Assembly (NCBI RefSeq): GCF_000039765.1
Contig: NC_004459.3
Span: 390,001 to 422,000, forward strand
DNA: 32,000 nucleotides
Origin: Vibrio vulnificus CMCP6
GTDB lineage: Bacteria; Pseudomonadota; Gammaproteobacteria; Enterobacterales; Vibrionaceae
Reading direction: 5' to 3'
The notes beneath the pieces were generated by a model. The model had not been told where the DNA came from, made no database searches, and worked only from the letters and a program-made list of their open reading frames with translations. The position numbers were made by a program, and so were the translations under genes. Shown here piece by piece: positions 29,176-32,000 of the stretch (positions within the stretch are counted from its first letter, which is position 1; each line of letters begins with the position of its first letter).

Positions 29176-30711
29176 TTATTTCTTGCGATTTTTTACCGCG
29201 CTCATCATGCGCTTACGTGCACGCTCTTGAGAAAGGGTCATCTTGTTGACACGGTTCTCAAACGGGTTATCACTGTTTTGGAACTGAATACGAATCGGCG
29301 TACCCATGATATCTAGTGACTTACGGAAGTAGTTCATTAGATAACGTTTGTAAGAATCCGGCAATTCGCGAACTTGGTTACCATGGATCACCACGATTGG
29401 CGGGTTATAACCACCTGCGTGCGCATATTTCAGTTTCACACGACGGCCACGAACCATCGGTGGTTGGTGATCTTCCGTTGCCATCTTCATGATACGCGTC
29501 AGTACAGATGTTCCTACACGAGTGGTTGCAGATCGGTAAGCTTCTTGTACTGATTCAAACAAATGGCCTACACCAGTACCGTGCAACGCAGAGATGAAGT
29601 GGATGCGAGCAAAATCGACGAAGCCAAGACGACGATCGAGCTCTTTCTTCACATTCTCTTTCACTTCGTTATCCAAGCCATCCCACTTGTTCACGGCCAG
29701 CACGATAGAACGACCCGCATTAAGTGCGAAGCCCAATAAGCTCAAGTCCTGATCCGAGATGTTTTCACGAGCGTCAATCACTAACAGTACAACGTTGGCA
29801 TCTTCAACGGCTTTCAATGTTTTAACAACAGAGAATTTTTCAACCGTTTCATGTACTTTACCGCGACGACGAACACCTGCGGTGTCGATCAACACGTATT
29901 CGCGACCATCACGTTCCATTGGAATGTAAATGGAGTCACGTGTGGTTCCTGGCATATCGTACACAACAACGCGTTCTTCACCCAAAATACGGTTAGTCAG
30001 CGTTGATTTACCCACGTTCGGACGACCAATAATAGCAAGCTTAATTGGCTGGTCTTGCAGTCGTTTCAGTGACTCTTCGGCATCTTCTTCAGAGTACTCT
30101 TGCTGTTCTGCGTCTTCATCTTCCATATCGGTCAGATCTTCGATCTCACCTTCGTTGTTGGCACTGAGAAGATTGTCAAAGAATGGATCGAGTGCACGTT
30201 CAATCAGCGCAGTCACACCACGTCCATGCGCTGCGGCAATTTGGTACATCTCATCAACGCCCAGTTGCCAAAAGTCTGCGCTGGCAGCATCCGCATCAAT
30301 GCCATCCACTTTGTTTACCACCAGCATGGTGGCTTTTTCGATTTTACGTAAATGGGCAGCAATCGCCTCATCGGATGGCGTCAATCCTGCGCGACCATCC
30401 ACCATGAACAACACAACGTCAGCTTCGCGGATCGCAGCAAGTGACTGTTCTGCCATTTTGGTTTCAACGCCTTCTTCAGAACCATCGATACCACCCGTAT
30501 CAATCACAATAAAGTCGTGCTCACCTACTTTGGCTTGACCATATTTACGGTCACGAGTCAGACCGGGAAAGTCCGCCACCAATGCGTCACGAGAGCGAGT
30601 CAATCGGTTAAACAACGTAGATTTACCTACGTTTGGACGACCGACTAGAGCAACAACAGGTATCATAACAACCTCTACAATAATCTTTGATCTGTAGTTA
30701 TAGGTAACCAC
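29176..30711 (-). CDS. der: Ribosome-associated GTPase Der (EngA)
   Basis: Tandem GTPase domains: [35 protein letters not shown] and [35 protein letters not shown]. The true start is likely [11 protein letters not shown] (about 30663). Confidence 0.97.
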   Translation of the reverse strand: MVTYNYRSKIIVEVVMIPVVALVGRPNVGKSTLFNRLTRSRDALVADFPGLTRDRKYGQAKVGEHDFIVIDTGGIDGSEEGVETKMAEQSLAAIREADVVLFMVDGRAGLTPSDEAIAAHLRKIEKATMLVVNKVDGIDADAASADFWQLGVDEMYQIAAAHGRGVTALIERALDPFFDNLLSANNEGEIEDLTDMEDEDAEQQEYSEEDAEESLKRLQDQPIKLAIIGRPNVGKSTLTNRILGEERVVVYDMPGTTRDSIYIPMERDGREYVLIDTAGVRRRGKVHETVEKFSVVKTLKAVEDANVVLLVIDARENISDQDLSLLGFALNAGRSIVLAVNKWDGLDNEVKENVKKELDRRLGFVDFARIHFISALHGTGVGHLFESVQEAYRSATTRVGTSVLTRIMKMATEDHQPPMVRGRRVKLKYAHAGGYNPPIVVIHGNQVRELPDSYKRYLMNYFRKSLDIMGTPIRIQFQNSDNPFENRVNKMTLSQERARKRMMSAVKNRKK

Positions 30712-30867
30712 TTGCTTGATAGCACTTCAAACCAGCTTTTTACCTATAACCACAATCGTCTTGTCACGACTGCAATGTTGAACGTTGCAGCGTGTTATTA
30801 AAAATTAGCAACAAAACGGCTCCTAACTGTCACCAGCCAGGAGCCGAATGTGAATTATATCACGATA

Positions 30868-32000
30868 TTATTCGTTGATCGTCAGTTTCTTTACATCGCC
30901 ATTGCGCGTTGTAATGACATAGCCATCTGGCAATACTGTTGGGCCAACGGCGAAACCACTGTCATTGATCATCTGCTGAGCCACGAACTCACCAGTAGTA
31001 CGATCTAACCAATGCAAATAGCCTTGGCTGTCTCCAACAACTAAGTAGTTATTCACCATGACAGGGGCGGTCAACAAACGATACTCTAGCTGTTCATTTT
31101 GCCACAGCTCGGTTCCGCTACGTGCATCGACAGCAACCACATGATCTTTATCAGTGACAACAAAAAGTCGACTGCCATCGGTCGCCATATCAATGGCTGA
31201 CGAATAATTACGCTTCCAAACGGCATTGCCTGAACGTAAATCGAGTGCGATAAGTTGGCCATTGTAACCAACAACGTAAAGCATGCCGCCAAGCACGATT
31301 GGCGATGAATCCACATCCACTAAACGATCGATTTCAGTCGCACCTTTTGGTGTACCAACAGGCTGTTGCCAGATCAACTGACCACGCTCAACAATAGCAG
31401 CCGCTAAACGGCCATTCGCCGTTCCCCAAAACACACCACCTGATACCGCCGTCGGCGTACTATCGCCGCGCAGAGTCAAGTTAGGTACTTCAGTGCTGAT
31501 GGTCCACTTTTGTTCACCATTGTCTTGGTCGAAGGCCATCAATACGCCATTGCTGGTATTCACAATCACTAGACCATTTTCAGCAACGGGCTTTGCTAAG
31601 ATCTCGCCGACTACAGAGATGCGCCAAGAGACTTCACCAGTCGCTTCGTCCAAAGCGATCAGATCACCATTTTCACTGCCAATGTAGACATGGCCGTAAG
31701 CCGCAGTTAAGCCACCAGACAATCTCGCTGTATCGCCTTGCTTGACGTTTTGGCTCCACAGTTGCTTACCTGATGTCGGTTCCAGAGCTCTCACCACACC
31801 ATCACGACTGGCGATAAATAGCTTGTCGTAAGCATATTCAGGAGAGAGTTTAGAGAAATAATGGCCTACACCGTTCCCCACACTGGTACTCCAAGCTGAT
31901 TGCGGAGTGAACTGGCTATTAACCTGTGGCAATGGCGCCATTACAATGGTGTCTTCTTCACTGGCACAACCCGCCAACACACCCACTGTAATCATGCCTA
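30868..32000 (-). CDS. bamB: Outer membrane assembly lipoprotein BamB (5' end truncated by the window)
   Basis: Lipobox VLAGCASE, PQQ-like propeller repeats (GLVIVNTSNGVLMAFDQDNGEQKW), adjacent to der as in gamma-proteobacteria. Confidence 0.93.
   Translation of the reverse strand, partial: GMITVGVLAGCASEEDTIVMAPLPQVNSQFTPQSAWSTSVGNGVGHYFSKLSPEYAYDKLFIASRDGVVRALEPTSGKQLWSQNVKQGDTARLSGGLTAAYGHVYIGSENGDLIALDEATGEVSWRISVVGEILAKPVAENGLVIVNTSNGVLMAFDQDNGEQKWTISTEVPNLTLRGDSTPTAVSGGVFWGTANGRLAAAIVERGQLIWQQPVGTPKGATEIDRLVDVDSSPIVLGGMLYVVGYNGQLIALDLRSGNAVWKRNYSSAIDMATDGSRLFVVTDKDHVVAVDARSGTELWQNEQLEYRLLTAPVMVNNYLVVGDSQGYLHWLDRTTGEFVAQQMINDSGFAVGPTVLPDGYVITTRNGDVKKLTINE

Noticed and set aside
29176-30711. 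Long plus-strand ORF (29930-30538, 202 aa) opposite der, plus other antisense ORFs over guaA, guaB and the hip kinase
   Set aside because: Low-complexity Ser/Arg/Pro composition is typical of the reverse strand of a conserved coding gene. The sense-strand genes are strongly supported.

Overview
Vibrio-like chromosomal window. Species is inferred from protein content and synteny, not proven. Bases 1 to about 4040 look like the right-hand end of an accessory region integrated at ssrA (tmRNA). It contains about 1 kb of ORF-poor sequence with a duplicated 49-bp hairpin-bearing motif, and a compact 2.4-kb module with a HipA-like kinase and a HipB-like HTH protein in inverted gene order. That module is bracketed by two ~100-bp copies of an ssrA 3'-end-like sequence plus its terminator. 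The hip promoter region carries three GAGTAA-N4-TTACTC palindromes spaced exactly 41 bp apart. From 4170 onward the sequence looks like core chromosome. It has a minus-strand, overlapping six-gene cluster (DedA, ATP-grasp, DinB-like, NRDE, YHS, OlsF-like bifunctional acyltransferase), then Sua5/TsaC, a second DedA, a BCCT transporter and a pentapeptide-repeat K+ channel. These are followed by a LysR regulator divergent from a D-amino-acid dehydrogenase, an AGCS symporter, a SatP-like protein and a GH19 chitinase. The window ends with guaA, guaB, xseA, a zinc-ribbon protein, a GAF-GGDEF protein, an AlaX-like protein, der and bamB (truncated by the window edge). The best candidate for something under-described is the hip module with its phased operators inside a small ssrA-att-bracketed segment that has no integrase. 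I do not see convincing evidence of a wholly new defence system.
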